Source of the DNA: Phoronis australis
Lineage: Eukaryota; Animalia; Phoronida
Direction: 5' to 3'
NCBI GenBank assembly: GCA_002633005.1
Contig: NMRA01000897.1
Location: 42,943 to 106,942, forward strand
DNA: 64,000 bases
Positions 49,030 to 62,557 of the stretch are shown here, piece by piece. The stretch's first letter is position 1. Each line of letters opens with the position of its first letter. A program made the translations under genes and the position numbers. Below the pieces are notes generated by a model. That model worked only from the letters and a program-made list of their open reading frames with translations, did no database searches and was not told the origin of the DNA.

Positions 49030-49530
49030 AAACACATCAACACCCTGAGAAACCGCCTAGTCCACCCCAAAGATCCCACCCCACTTGATCGCCAATGTTG
49101 TGTTATGTATTGACTGTCATGCACTAAGACCTGTCTCATACTTACATCGGCGAGACCAAGCGATCCCTGGGCACCAGAATCAAGGAACACTATAAACCGG
49201 ACAACCCCACAGGCGAGGGGGAACATCTCGGAATCCCCGGCCACACTGCAAGTGGCAAACATGCCAAGATACTGGCCAAAGAGGAAAACTGGTTTTCTAG
49301 AAAGATCAAAGAGTCAATATACATAAAAACTAACAAGCCTACCATATACCGTGACCAAGGTTTGCAACTCCAGTCGATCTATGACGCTATACTACTTTCG
49401 GAAAACAGAAGGACCGGAAACCAGGACGCCCCCCCCTACTAGTCGTTGACAAAGAACTGTGGAGTACAGTTCGAAACGTTTGAACTTCTAATCCCCAGTC
49501 TCCGAGTAATTTGATTTCACTTATAAACCA
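49030..49530 (+). mobile_element. Penelope-like retroelement 3' fragment (GIY-YIG endonuclease, decayed)
   Basis: NTLRNRLVHPKDPTP...YIGETKRSLGTRIKEH...ILAKEENWFSRKIKESIYIK..KPTIYRDQG, with stops and frameshifts. Confidence 0.85.
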
Positions 49531-49773
49531 GCAAGATCTTCCCATCCAGTGCGGATCTGTTGTCAAAGCCTACTTTCTATATCGGAGACAACGAACAAAG
49601 CTCTTGAAAAGGAACATCTATTTTTAAAGAAAGATATTTGTTAATTTACTTATTCAGGTCCTTAGCGGGGGGATTGGCATAGGGGTTTGGAGTTGTAAAA
49701 TTTGGTGCAACTGAATGTGTGGAAATAACAGGTAATAGTGTCTGGGGAAAGAGCATGGTGAGGTAATTCTTAA

Positions 49774-51415
49774 AGGAGAATGCCACCCGATTTAATTAGT
49801 GTGTTTAGCCGTCTTAATCGGTCTATATCCACTTCGCCTCGCATACGGTCAACCTTACCTTGCCAAGAGGTGTCGCGTTAACCTGTGAGGAAGGTGAGAA
49901 ACGACGCTAGCGACGTCAGTGGTTCATATGCAGAGTGAATGCCGCTATGTTGCTGTGCATCGTTCCCGCTTGTCCGAAACGTAAGCAGCTGCGAGGAAAA
50001 CGGGTTTATCGGTTTTTTACTTCCTCGAGAGTACCAAATGCTTAGGAAGTGGCTCATGGTAGTGAAGAATGAAATGTACGCTGTAAATAGCAAGTATGAG
50101 GCCGTGAAACATCTCCGTGTCTGTGGCCTGCAGATGTCGACAGTGCCTGACGAATTCCGGCTTACCAAATAACTCCATAATACGTTCCGGCGCCTCTCTA
50201 GTATTTCTTCATCAGTGTATTCCTGTTCGAATTGATAGCCTGTAAAACTTAACGATCCACCTGCGAAGTCGGGACTGACCATGAGCTCTATCTCGTCCTA
50301 AGTCGGGATTGCGAGTTGCCATGTTGGCGTTTATTACTGAACTTTCTGTTTCAAAATGAATTATTCTCACCCTAATCAATACTTATATAAAACTGAAACA
50401 AAGTCTGTCTCATTAGATGCAATTTGTAATGCCATTGGAGTGTTCATTAGTGCAAATGATTTGAGAAGCCAGCAATGAATAAATCACTGCGTTACCGGCT
50501 TTAAGGTGCAATAAAACCGTTGACGGGACACCGAGCTTGGCCGTGCGAGGTCATGCAAATTTAGTGTTTGCTGGCAGAAACTGTTGTGAAACAACTCGAT
50601 TTCCATCTCACGGCCAGGTGTTAGGAGAATCTTTATTTTCATTTACATTACTCAAATAATGATTGTCAATGAACAACGTCTGCCCTAAAGTGGAACTTGA
50701 ATTCACGGCCCCCGACGAGTAAGTAGATTTGCAGTTTCGTGGCTAAATCACCAACATAATCAGGTGCCCATTACTTTGGCTCGCTTGTATAGTATTTTCT
50801 TGACTGGAAGTTTAGTTTCCACTGAACTTTGGCTGGTTGATGTTCGTGATGTCTGATCAGTTCCCGAGCCACTGGCCGGGAGTCAATCCGGCGGGCCGCG
50901 ACGGGCCTGATCGGGCTCCGAGCCACTGGCCAGGATAACAAGGGCTTTGTGTTTAGAACTAAACAAATCACAAGTTCAAACAACACAGATCTAGGTTCTC
51001 CTGTTTGTATCTCACGGAAAATATTTCGAAATTATCTCCGAACAAACCCCAAACTGCTGCTACGGACCTTATTGGCGTGCCGAACTTTGTAGGTTACGGT
51101 GTGTCCAAATACCGATAAATCCGTAACAGCGAAATAAAACAACACGTTTTTATAAGAACTCGGTGTATTTTTAAGGGTTTTACATCGAAGTTTGATGATT
51201 TATTGGTGTAAAACGATGAATTCAAGCGATAAGCTGACACCAGTACCCCGTGTTGTGAACTGCTGAACAGACTGCGTGTGAAACCGATGACGTCATTGGG
51301 TAATTTCAACACCTCCGTCTGCCGTCAGGTAACGCAACCGTACGTGTCGTCATGGAGTAGAACTACTCAATCTAAATAGATACAAATTAGGTTGTTTTTT
51401 GGGTGGCATGCTCCT
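49774..51415. mobile_element. Non-autonomous Kolobok-type element
   Basis: ttaa|aggagaatgccaccc ... gggtggcatgctcct|ttaa. The minus-strand remnant GYQFEQEYTDEEILER resembles a KolX N-terminus. Confidence 0.8.
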
Positions 51416-52124
51416 TTAACCTTCATGAAGTTCCTTCAATTTTATGTCATGAAACTGTTTTGCTATCAATTGTAAACCCATAAAATATATATTACATTTT
51501 CTGAAACCTCAGTGAATTGAAATGTTGCAAGTCGTTTATAAATTCAGATGGCTGCCATTTCTTGTGAAAATTGCATTTTTGATGCTGCTATACGATTTGT
51601 TATTACTCTTAAACAACAGAAAGATTATCCATCATTTTTAAATGACCCAAGTCTTCACATCTATTAAATGAAAAATAAAAAGTCTGAGAAACGGTTCCCT
51701 TAGCCTTAGACAAGAAGTATGCTTGTCAAGACTCATGAATCTGTAATAGGAGTTTAAAATTGCAGAACGTATCAAAAATAAAAGGGCTTGAAAATGGGTA
51801 ACAAAGGTTTGAAGTTGTCTCAAATAACTTGCATATTTTGCAGACAAGTGATGTGTTTAAAGAATTGTTATGGCTACGAACGAAAAATAAAGACGAAAAT
51901 TTATACAATACTTATTATATACACCCTTGCTTTCTGAAAATAGTAATTATTTAATTTTGTGTGAAACTGTAGAGCAGTCACCATATCACATTTTTGAAAA
52001 ATGGGTAGCATTTTTGACCCAACCTGGAGTAGTTAATTATTCATATTTCATTCAGGTTCAGTGACATTTTAAGGCCACTTAAAGCTGTAACATAAGCAAG
52101 CCTTGTTACTCCTTTCTCTTCTCA

Positions 52125-55100
52125 ACAACATTTCCATACACCAGCAGTGCTGCATGGCACAATGTACAAGTCAGTGGCCCTGGAGAAATGAGAATCACAG
52201 TACTAAGTTACCATAAGACAATGTGCCAGTGGATTGATTGCGTATGAAAAGGAACTACATCTGACTGCTACACAAGTCAGCCTGGTTAGTGAAGATGCCC
52301 TTTCATAGGCCGTCATGTGTGAACAATAGCTTATTTCCTTTCCTGGAAGAAACACGAGGGACTGAAGGTAAAGAAGACCTAGTGACACTCTGGTCTAGTT
52401 CAAGGTCAGATTTTGGGCACAACACGATTCAAGTGATATGCTGTCGTGTTTACGTTCAAGGATCTAATAGTGGATGTTATTGAGGCTGATGATATTACAT
52501 GAAGGAAAGCCACATACCAAAACTGCACATTTTTTACAAATGCTTCCATAGGCTATTGAAATAAGACCCCAGTGAAATGAAAACCAAAAGAATCTGGTAT
52601 AAATACCTGTCTTTTCTCACTGAGTGACATTAACTTTTCCTTTCAGAAGAAAGGCTATTATACTAATGGTAAAAAAACTTTTTAATTTGGTACACATTAT
52701 GGGGAAACGACATTCAGTGACTGCATTGTCTTATTGTCAGTAGAAAGCCAGTTAATGTTACACTTTGATGATCGAATAAATTTTTCATCAACAGGCAAGT
52801 TTGTCACAAATTATTGAAACCACAATATGTCTTCAGTTTTAAAGTCCTATTCAGTGCAGTTGAGCTCATTCTTTTATGCTGAAATGATTAGCGATTACGC
52901 TTGCAAATTGTCATTTTCCTGTTTACCTATAGAAATGTGCAGAGATCAAAATCATGATGTAATCCCTTTGTTTACATTTGATTTGTTTGTGTGTAATTAT
53001 TTTTAGAGCTTTCTTAAGAAGACCTTTGAACAATTTTAAGTTTTGTGTTAACTTGTCTACAACAAAAGTTCCAAATGCAAGAAAAGTATGTTTTCAATTG
53101 GCTGGATAAGAATCTGCTAAGCACAAGATTCGAGAATAAACAATTATCAGTGTATTTAAAAACAAAATGGCAAACTGAACAACCACATACATACAAATAA
53201 ACAACATTGTTAAAAACAATTGTAATTTTCCCAATGCAATAGAGTCCATAATTAGGCATATCAAGGGCTGACTTTCTGAATTAGGTTCAATTCTTTCAGG
53301 TCATTGCTGAAGGATTGCTTTTCACTTTGTCCAAAGGTAAAATAGGCGGTCAGCAGGCAGCTGGTTTCAGTCGTTTTCTCTCACCTGTAACAGAAATGTT
53401 AGCAAATTATAAAAGAAAACACAGACAAAACCACTTATGTGAGGTAAAACATATTTGACGTTTCATCTTGTAGAAACTAACCTTTGTACCCAAGTCTTAT
53501 TTAAGATCTGAATTAAAATATGTGAAACAGGCTAAAAGTGATTTAACAATGTGTATTTTTCATGACACCTACAATGTGCGTCTGATCTCAACAAGTAAAA
53601 TTCATTCTAGGTGTCAATTTATATTCCAATGCAATGTTATATTTACTGAATAGCTTATTCGTGTTAATTCAGTTACTAATCTGGTAGTCCTGGGGGTGGG
53701 GTCCGTTATGAAATAAGGAAACTCACTCATCTAGAGAATTTTATTGGACATACATGTAGCACAGTTTTGAAGAGAAACTGCTGTGAAAAAGTCACCTTGA
53801 CTTCTGAGCGTCACGTACCATACACCTCTTATATTGGGCGCACTCCCACTCAGGACAATATGTGAACTGTATGTGCTGCTAGCCTACCCGGCATCGTAGT
53901 CCCGGGTGAGTTTCTGAAAAGAAACACTTAGTTCCATTCAATAAACCCATTATTCAGCGGGGTAACTGGTGGGATTAACAACACCGAACGATGTTGATAG
54001 AAACTGATTGCTAAAAACTTACCAAGTAACGTTATATAGTCTCGAAATGGAAATGCATAGAGCAAAGAAGGGGCTTCGGCATCCACACACTTTTTGTCAG
54101 TTGGTTGACCCTTTTGACCACAATTCTCCATGCCTGTAGTAACCTAAGGTCTTTTGGGAATTTGTGATCACCTGTCAAAGACTTGCACCAGGGAAAATAG
54201 CAATTATAAGGCTTAGCACGACGACGTATTTTGATAACAATTACGTCTTTTTACTAACTGTTTACATGCAGACAGCGACGCATGCGCAATTCAATCACCA
54301 CTAGTACAGCAGCGACACTGCGAGAATGGGGCTATTGGGAGAATTCTCCTCGCGGTGTCGCTGCTGTACTAGTGGTGATTGAATTACGCATGCGTGGCTG
54401 TCTGTATGTAAACATCTGGTAAAAGATGGAATTTTTATCAAAATACGTCGTCGCGCTAAGCCTTATTACTGCTAATTTCCCTGGTGCAAGTCTTCAACAA
54501 GTGGCCACAAATTCCCAAAAGACCTAAGGTTACTATATTCGGGGACAATTGCGGTACACAGGGTCAACTAACTGACAAAAAGTGTGTGGATGCTGAAGCC
54601 CCGTGTGTGCTCTCTATCATGTCTATGACTATGCAGATCCATTCGGAGACTACACAACATTACTTGGTAAGTTTTTAGCAATCAGTTTCTATCAACATCG
54701 TTCGGTGATGTTATCCCCACCAGTTACCCCACTGAATAACAGTTTTATTGAGTGGAACTAAGTGTTTCTTTTTGGAAACTCACCCGATGCCAGGTAGGCT
54801 AGCAGCACATATTCATATTGTCCTGGGTGGAAGTGCTCCCAAAATAAGAGGTGTATGGTACGTGATGCACAGAAGTCAAAAGTGACTTTTTCACAGCAGT
54901 TTCTCTTCAAAACTATGCTGTTTCCAATAAAATTCTCTAGATGAGTGAGTTTCCTTATTTTATCGTGGACCCCACCCACTGGACCACCAGCTCAGTTATC
55001 GAATTAACATGAATAAGCCTTAATTCAGTAAATGTCGTAACATTGCATTGGAAAAAAAATGACACCTAGAATGAATTTTACTTGTTGAGATCAGAAGCAC

Positions 55101-56166
55101 ATTTTAAGTGTCATGAAAAATACACATTGTTAAATCACTTTTAGCCTGTTTCACATATTTTAATTCAGATATTAAATAAGACTTGGGTACAACGGTTATT
55201 AGTTTCTACACATAAACATGAAATGTCAAGTATGTTCAGCCTTACAAAAGTAGTTTTGTCTTGTCTTTTCTTTTATAATTTGTTAATATTTCTATTCTGT
55301 TGCAGGCAAGAAAAAACAACTGAAACCAACCGCCTGACCATCAATTTCACCGTTGGACAAAGTGAAAAGCAATCCTTCAGCAATAACCTGAGAGAATTGA
55401 ACGTAATTCAGAAAATCAGCACATGATATGCCCGATTATGGACTCCCTCACAATGTTGTTTCTTTCTGTGCTTTTTCAGTTTGCCATTTGTTTTAAATAC
55501 ACTGATAATTTTTTTATTCTCGAATTTTGTTCATAGCAGATTCTTATCCAGCTAGCTACAATTGAAAACATACAATAAGACAATCAATGCAGTCACTGAA
55601 TGTAATTTCCCCATAATCTGTACCAAATTGAAAAGTTTTTACCAATAGTATAAAGCCTTTCTTCTGAAAGGAAAATTTAATGTCACTCAGCTTTTGGCTT
55701 TCATTTCACTGGGTTCTAGTTTCAATGGCTTATAGAAGCGCTTGTAAAAAAGGTCCAGTTTCAAAACGTGGCTTTCTTTCTATGTATCCTCATTCAGCCT
55801 CAATAACATCCACAATTAGACCCTTGAAGGTAAACATAGCAGCATATCACTTGAATCGTTTTTAGCCCAAAATCAGACTCTGAACTAGACCAGAGTGTGA
55901 CTTCTTTGGTCTTCTTTAGCTTCAGTCCCTCATGTTTCTTCCAGGAAAGGAAATAAGCTATTGTCCACACATGACTCATTGCCTATGAAAGAGCATCCTC
56001 ACCAACAAGGTTTATTTGTGTAGCAGTCAGATATAGTTCGTGTGGATACACAGACACTCCACTGGCACATTGTCTTACGGTAACTTAGTACTGCGATTCA
56101 TATTTCTCCAGGGCCACTGACTTGCACATTGTGCCATGCAGCACTGCTGGTGTGTGGAAGTGCTGT
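52125..56166. repeat. ~4-kb inverted repeat (arms ~2.2 and ~1.8 kb, 24-nt spacer)
   Basis: 52125-54324 is the diverged reverse complement of 54349-56166, e.g. ctagtacagcagcgacactgcgag / ctcgcggtgtcgctgctgtactag at the centre. The right arm runs into a gap. Confidence 0.9.
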
Positions 56167-57211
56167 NNNNNNNNNNNNNNNNNNNNNNNNNNNNNNNNNN
56201 NNNNNNNNNNNNNNNNNNNNNNNNNNNNNNNNNTTGGATTGTAATCTTAACTCATTAACCTGTATCGAGTTCACAGCATAAACATTCAGCATTGATTGAT
56301 GTAACTGTCACTGATAAACTTTTAGAAATCATTCCAAACAATAATAATGCTTTGATGTACGAAAAGATCCCGATTGCTACGTCAAGTATCGTATCACATA
56401 TCACAACATACAAAGATTAACCAGACTCTGGCTGGCGACTGACTGCCGCGAAGCCGACATCGGCGAGTGCCTCAGTTAACAGGCATAGGTAGAATAATCA
56501 TGGAATAATCGTTAAAATAATCGCAATCCTTACCTTTGTATGAGGTCGTGCTTACTTCCTCTCATAAAAGCACCCCTTTTACGCAATCTCAGATTCAGTT
56601 GGCACGGCTGCAAGCCATTTGACCATGTATTTAAAGGGCTCGGGAAATCGAAGCTGTTAATCTATCACCTCTAGTACACGCACGCCCTCTAGTTATTGTA
56701 GATTTTCCGAATAGCCCCATTCTCCGAATAGCCCCATTCCATAGGAAAGACAGGGAATGTTGTAGATGATGTGTTTCCGGTGAATCATATGAGCCTCTGT
56801 GCCACTAGCTAACGGGCAATTGCCAATTAGCTAAATGGTTACTAGCACACTCGCCAGTTTTATGGGGGGTCGCTGGTTCTATTCCCGGGTCGGGTAATCT
56901 CAGCTATTACAACAGTTAAGAGAAAAACAATCTAATAAACGTCATTTTCTTGCGTAATCCTTCGCCTTTTCTAAAAAAGGAAAGTTATGTCGTTGTTTCG
57001 AAAACAGTACGCTCGTGACACACGCATGCGCCATTTCGACATCTCTCGGGAGAAGATGATAGCTTGGCACCAGCAAAACTAGTTCTGAAATCAAAATTCT
57101 GAAAAAATATAATGAACTGAAACCAGTTACGATAATTTGTTGTGACGTGTATGCAACCTCGTGAAAGAACAACATTTGATTGAAGAAGCGGCGAAAAAAG
57201 AAACTGGCCTA

Positions 57212-58030
57212 TAGGTGCTTTGGAAATATAACACAGGTAAGCATACAGCGGGGCTATCGGCAGGCCGGGATACAGTCCCTAGTTCTGTCCCGGGTATCTC
57301 AGTGTTAAAACTCCCCAGACGGCGGTATACGGGATTGTCAAATCCGGCAACTTGCGGTGCCGAGACCGGAGCGCTGCAGGCCGTTCTGTCCCCAGCGTAA
57401 ATGTACAAAATTTTCTAAGTTCCGACAAAATGTGTCGATTGTTGTCCATTTGTGTCGGTTTCAGAAACGTTGCTTTGAAAAATTCCTGAAGTCCCACGAA
57501 ATGTGTCGATTATTGGCCATTTGTGTCGCTTTCTCAAAGGTGCTTTGAAAATATAACAAAGGTAAGCATACAGCGGGGTCTATTGGCAGGCCGGGATAGG
57601 CCCTAGTCGTGTCAAGGGTACTCTGTGAAAACTCCCCAGACGGCGGTCCACGGAGTCAAGTACGGCATCTTGCGGGGTCTGCGGTGCCGAGGACGGAGCG
57701 GTGCAGGCCGGTCTGTACCCTGCGTAAATGAGCAAAATTTTCTAAGTTCCGAGAAAATGTGTCGATTATTGGACATTTGTGTCGCTTTCTCAAAGGTGCT
57801 TTGAAAATATAACAAAGGTAAGCATACAAGGGGGTTGATGGTCAGGCCGGCGAGATACAGTCCTAGTAGTGTCCCGGCGGTCCACGGTGTCAAGTCCGGC
57901 AGCTTGCGGGGTCTGCGGTGACGAGGCCGGAGCGGTGCAGGCCGGTCTGTCTCTGCGTATGTGCAAAATTTTCTAAGTCACAAGAAATGTGTCGATTATT
58001 GGCCATTTGTGTCGCTTTCAGAAATGTTGG
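57212..58030. repeat. GC-rich ~255-325-bp tandem repeat, 3 units
   Basis: aggtgctttg(g/a)aaatataaca...gcaggccgg...aaatgtgtcgatt units start at ~57212, ~57538 and ~57793. Confidence 0.8.
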
Positions 58031-58353
58031 GTTGAAAATTTTTGCGAGTACAAAGAAATGTGTATATGACTATCGGCGCCGGAGCGCGGAATCACGGTAG
58101 CCGTCGGGTCGGAGCCTGGCCAGTGGAAGACAGGGGCCGCACGTCCGTACTGGGCAGTTGAAGACAGGGGGCGCACGGGTACGTTCTCTTTGGCGGAGCG
58201 GAGACGGGACTGAGATTTGAGGTTTGCGGACTTTTGTTAATCCGGGCATGATTAGGAAGTTTCCGCGGGTTTTGTTCGCGAAACGAAATGTGTCGATTTC
58301 ACCCTCAATAATGGACACATTTTAAAATGCGTGTTTTCACTGTACTCTATATC

Positions 58354-58579
58354 TGTAATGGCTTGTGGAGAGAGGAGTGAAGAAGACGTCTTTACTAGAA
58401 CACTACTTTATTGCGGACTGACTTACTACTGTACAACATGTTTTTGCAATACACAAGACCACATGCATATGAGTCACATTTCATAGAACTGTTTGGCAAG
58501 ACTTATATAATAAACCATTCTAACTAATTGTGCCATATAAGGCAAGTGTAGTTCCAGTACAAACTACAATACTATTACA
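58354..58579 (-). mobile_element. 3' LTR of the Gypsy element (226 bp)
   Basis: TGTAAT...ATTACA ends; polypurine tract aagaaaagggga immediately upstream on the minus strand (58580-58591). Confidence 0.85.
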
Positions 58580-58731
58580 TCCCCTTTTCTTTGAAAAACA
58601 AGAAAGTAGCACTAAGAAACCTAAATTAACAACTGTTAACCACGATAAACAAATTACCATAACAGACTAATCAAATTATAAAAGTTGCTATTCTTGCAAA
58701 CCCATACTCAGCAATACACACTTACTGACTG

Positions 58732-60285
58732 TCAAGAAGTTATATAATCATTAAGCCTGGAGGGTTTCTTGATTTCCCTTCCTGTCCTTGTAACTACAGG
58801 TTTTGATTTAATCTCTGGTGAATCATTATCAGTGTCACTTGTTGATTGAATAGGATTGTGTGTTTGTTTGACTTTGTGACGAAATGCACTGGGCAAATTA
58901 GGCTGTACAGAATGTGGAGATTCTGCAGTGGACAGTAACATTTGTCGATTGCGTCGATACTCTCGCGCTTCATCACCTGATTTGACAATGTAAGATGTAT
59001 CAGAGTGTTGTTTAACCAATTCTGCTGGTTCCCAACCACTCTTAGTTTTCATGGGCACTGCTTGTTCAAACTCAGAATTGTTTAACGCTGGCAATGGTTT
59101 AGTATTTCTGTCGTAATACTTCTTTTGTCTCATTTGATAATTGGACAGTTGTGAATGCACTTCATCAGGGTTAATTGCTTCAGGTTTCAGCAATGCATTC
59201 GAAGTAGGCAATAATGTCCTGGTACGTCTACCCATTAATCTTTGAACTGGGGACCCAATAATACCATCTCTTGGTGTATTTCTCAAATCTAACAAAGCCA
59301 AATATATATCACCATTTGTTTCACTTGTTTTCTTTATCAATTGCTTGATAACATGAACAGATTTCTCTGCAAGGCCATTTGCCTGCTGGTGACCTGGAGA
59401 TGATATTATGTGGATAATACCATAGTTTTCCACAAATTCTCTGAATTCTAAACTAGAAAACAGAGGCCCATTATCTGACACTAACTTCTCCATAATGCCA
59501 TAACGTGCAATATTTGCTTTGATATGCTTAATCACTGTAAATGCATTCGTAGAAGGTAATGGGGACACTTCAATGAATCCTGAATAATAATCTACCATCA
59601 ACAGGTAGTGTCTGTTTTCATATTCAAACAAATCACATGCAACTGTGTTCCATGGAAGAATAGGTTTCTCAAACAATTTCATTGGCTCTTTCGGCTGGTA
59701 GTTTCGATGTTTCAAGCATACAGCACATCTGCTAATCATATCTTCAATTTGTTTGTTCATACCCGGCAAAAATATAATATCACGAGCTCTTATTTTTGTC
59801 CGTGTCATTCCCGTATGTGATTGGTGTAGCACACTTAACATGTGCCGACGGAGCGTAGTGGGAATACACACCCTATCTGCTCTGAAAACAATACCATTGT
59901 AAGTAGCTAATTGATCTCTGCAATCCAAATAAGGTAATGCGATGTGAGGTACTTGTGACCTATGTTCTGGCCAACCATTCAAAATTAACTGCTCTACACA
60001 CTGCAGTTCATCATCATCGCATGTTGCCATAGCAATCTTATCATGCATACAATTTGCTAGAGTATCAACTTTACAAACCATGAGCTCATCATCCATGATA
60101 GCATAATTGTCATCACCATTGTGAGGTAATCTACTCAAACAATCAGCTAAACCAATAGTAGTACCTTTTTGTACACCATATTGAATGAGTATGGTTGAAG
60201 TTTCAGCATCATTCTTTGAATTCTCATCGGAGACATGCCTATTGGCTTCTTAAATAAAATCTCTAAAGGCTTATGGTCTGATGGA
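58732..60285 (-). pseudogene. pol: Gypsy (Ty3) pol 3' part: RNase H remnant plus integrase
   Basis: HHCC zinc finger (HQSH...CAVC) and DDE triad ACDLF / VSDNG / GLAEKSV in ORF 58732-60138. Frameshifted upstream SDHKPLE...RIQRMMLKLQPY. 5'-truncated. Confidence 0.92.
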
Positions 60286-62557
60286 AATATCGGCAATGTG
60301 GAGACACAGATTCCACAAGTGTGGGGATGGTCGTGGTAGTATAGTTGAGGTAGGGATTACCCGGTTCTTGGTTGAACGGTAGATAGTTGGCTAACAAGGT
60401 AGCAACAGCAAGTCGATGGAGAGCAGCNCTGATCTAAGTTCAATGTGGAGACACGGATTCCACTAGTGTGGGGATGGTCGTGGTAGTATAGTTGGGGTTA
60501 CCCGGTTCTTGGTTGAATGGTAGATAGTTAGCTAACAAGGTAGCAACAGCAAGTCGATGGAGAGCAGCATAAAAACTAACACAGTAATTGAGTTTCTACT
60601 GGCACACAAAGTTTATTAACTCTAGCTACAATATATATAGTGTATACAAATATGTGTGGGTTGCAAAACAACAACAACATTGAGAGTTCCGGTGATTTCA
60701 TCCAACTCATAAACATGAATGGAGTCTGGACAGCTGTTTGGCATATAGGGTTTCACTATGAGTTGGCACTGGTCAGTGGCATAGTAAACAACAACACAAG
60801 ATGTCCGGAATTGTTATATAACACAAACTGTTTTGTTGAGATAGTTGTACGCCATAGGAAATGATGAAATTCACACTTAATTAACTTCATNGTATATGAT
60901 ACAAGCATTAGGATAACGCAAGATGTCGAAAATTTTTACAATTATCAGTGTAAGACTGCTAGCATGCATGAAAGTATTGCCAACTGGGTTTGCTAAATGT
61001 GAGCCCAGGTTCGTTCAGTCGGTTGCTTTGAATTATGTGATTCATTGTTTTGTGTCAGTTCTTTGCATCCACCCTCTTGTGAAAATATTCGCCTTGTAGA
61101 TATTTGATTTTTTGTTTCTTGAATTTGTTATAGCACAACAGCACATACTGTTATACTATTTGAAATGCACAATACAAGGAACCTAACATAATGTTGCGAA
61201 GCCCAGAGTATAGTCCATAAAAGATGTATTTGCATGCTCCTAACTCTGGTAATGTATAGCAGGAAATAAACAGCAATATATTGCTATTTTAACATAATCA
61301 ATGCTAAACAAAGCGCAGTTGTATTCATTGACAACTTGTAAATTGTGAAAACAAAAAATCCTCAAATAGATGCCTTTTGGCTCACATAGCCTGCATTATA
61401 CAGTGTTTTTTCTCCAACACCACGTCACGATATTTGCTGGACGTGTATGGTTGCCATAGATCATTTTCACCACAAAACTCATTCTTAAAAATGTTTGGAA
61501 TTTTTCAACCTACCTCAACTTCACATGGTCCTATATGTTGTGTTTCTTGCTAATTTGGTCAAGGTAATTAGCCAACAAGTTCCACTTTAAAGGAGGCAGC
61601 GTAAATTCGTTTGGGATTTACGGCTGCATTTAAAATCTTCACGCGTCCTATCTCCCTCTCTTTCAGCAAACAGTGATCCTCTGCATGTAGTTACCAAATT
61701 GTTTATGGCTTTATTTATGGCTATGATTTTGCGACATGTGGATTTTTTTGTTGGTGTCAGTTTGATACCGTTGTTGAACAAAGTTTATTTAGTCAAAGAG
61801 TTTGAAAAAGCATGAAACTGAGTGATCAAATTTTACAGTAAAACTTTCACGGCTGTCATTGTGGCATAAAAATTCTTAATACTTGGGCAATACTCCGTTG
61901 TCCAGTTGTTATCATAACCCTTAATGCACAGTACATGTGTACATTGGGAACTGTGTAAAAGTTAAAAGACTATTGTGGCGACATCTGAAGATTCGGATAT
62001 GGGATTACTGACCTTGTGATGTGTCATTTTCAGGCGGAATTGTCCTTCATGACACTGGGAATTTTTGTTTGTTTGTTTGTTTTCTTTTGGCTTGTACTGT
62101 ATTCTCTGTTTTATACACCAATTTTTTGTCGAATTTCGACATTGTTAACTATTGTACTTTAAAGTTTTGGTCTTGCTCTTGAAAAATTATTCTGCTTCTG
62201 ATTACCATATCAGTACATAGCAGCATTTGCCTTTGGTAATGGTCTGATATAACGTGCCCGAATTTTGAGAACCAATTTTCTTCACTGATTAACGGGCACC
62301 AAAATGGTTCTCAAAATAGGACACGTTATAACAGTCTATTGCCTTGTCGGTAATGGTCTGATATAACATGCCTGATTTTTTAGAACCAGTTTTCTCCACT
62401 GAATAACAGGCATCAAACTGGTTCTCAAAATAAGGGCATGACAGATTCCTCATACAATATGGTGTATATGGTGTGTCCATCATTAGAACAAAATAATTTC
62501 ATCTCTTTAATTAAGTTGTGAACAGGCATTATACAGCTGATTTCATTTTGATTCCAG

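Noticed and set aside
60295-60568. ~150-bp direct duplication next to the Gypsy fragment as a 5' LTR or a real tandem repeat
   Set aside because: It does not match the 3' LTR, and the copies are separated by a lone N, which suggests an assembly join of two haplotypes.
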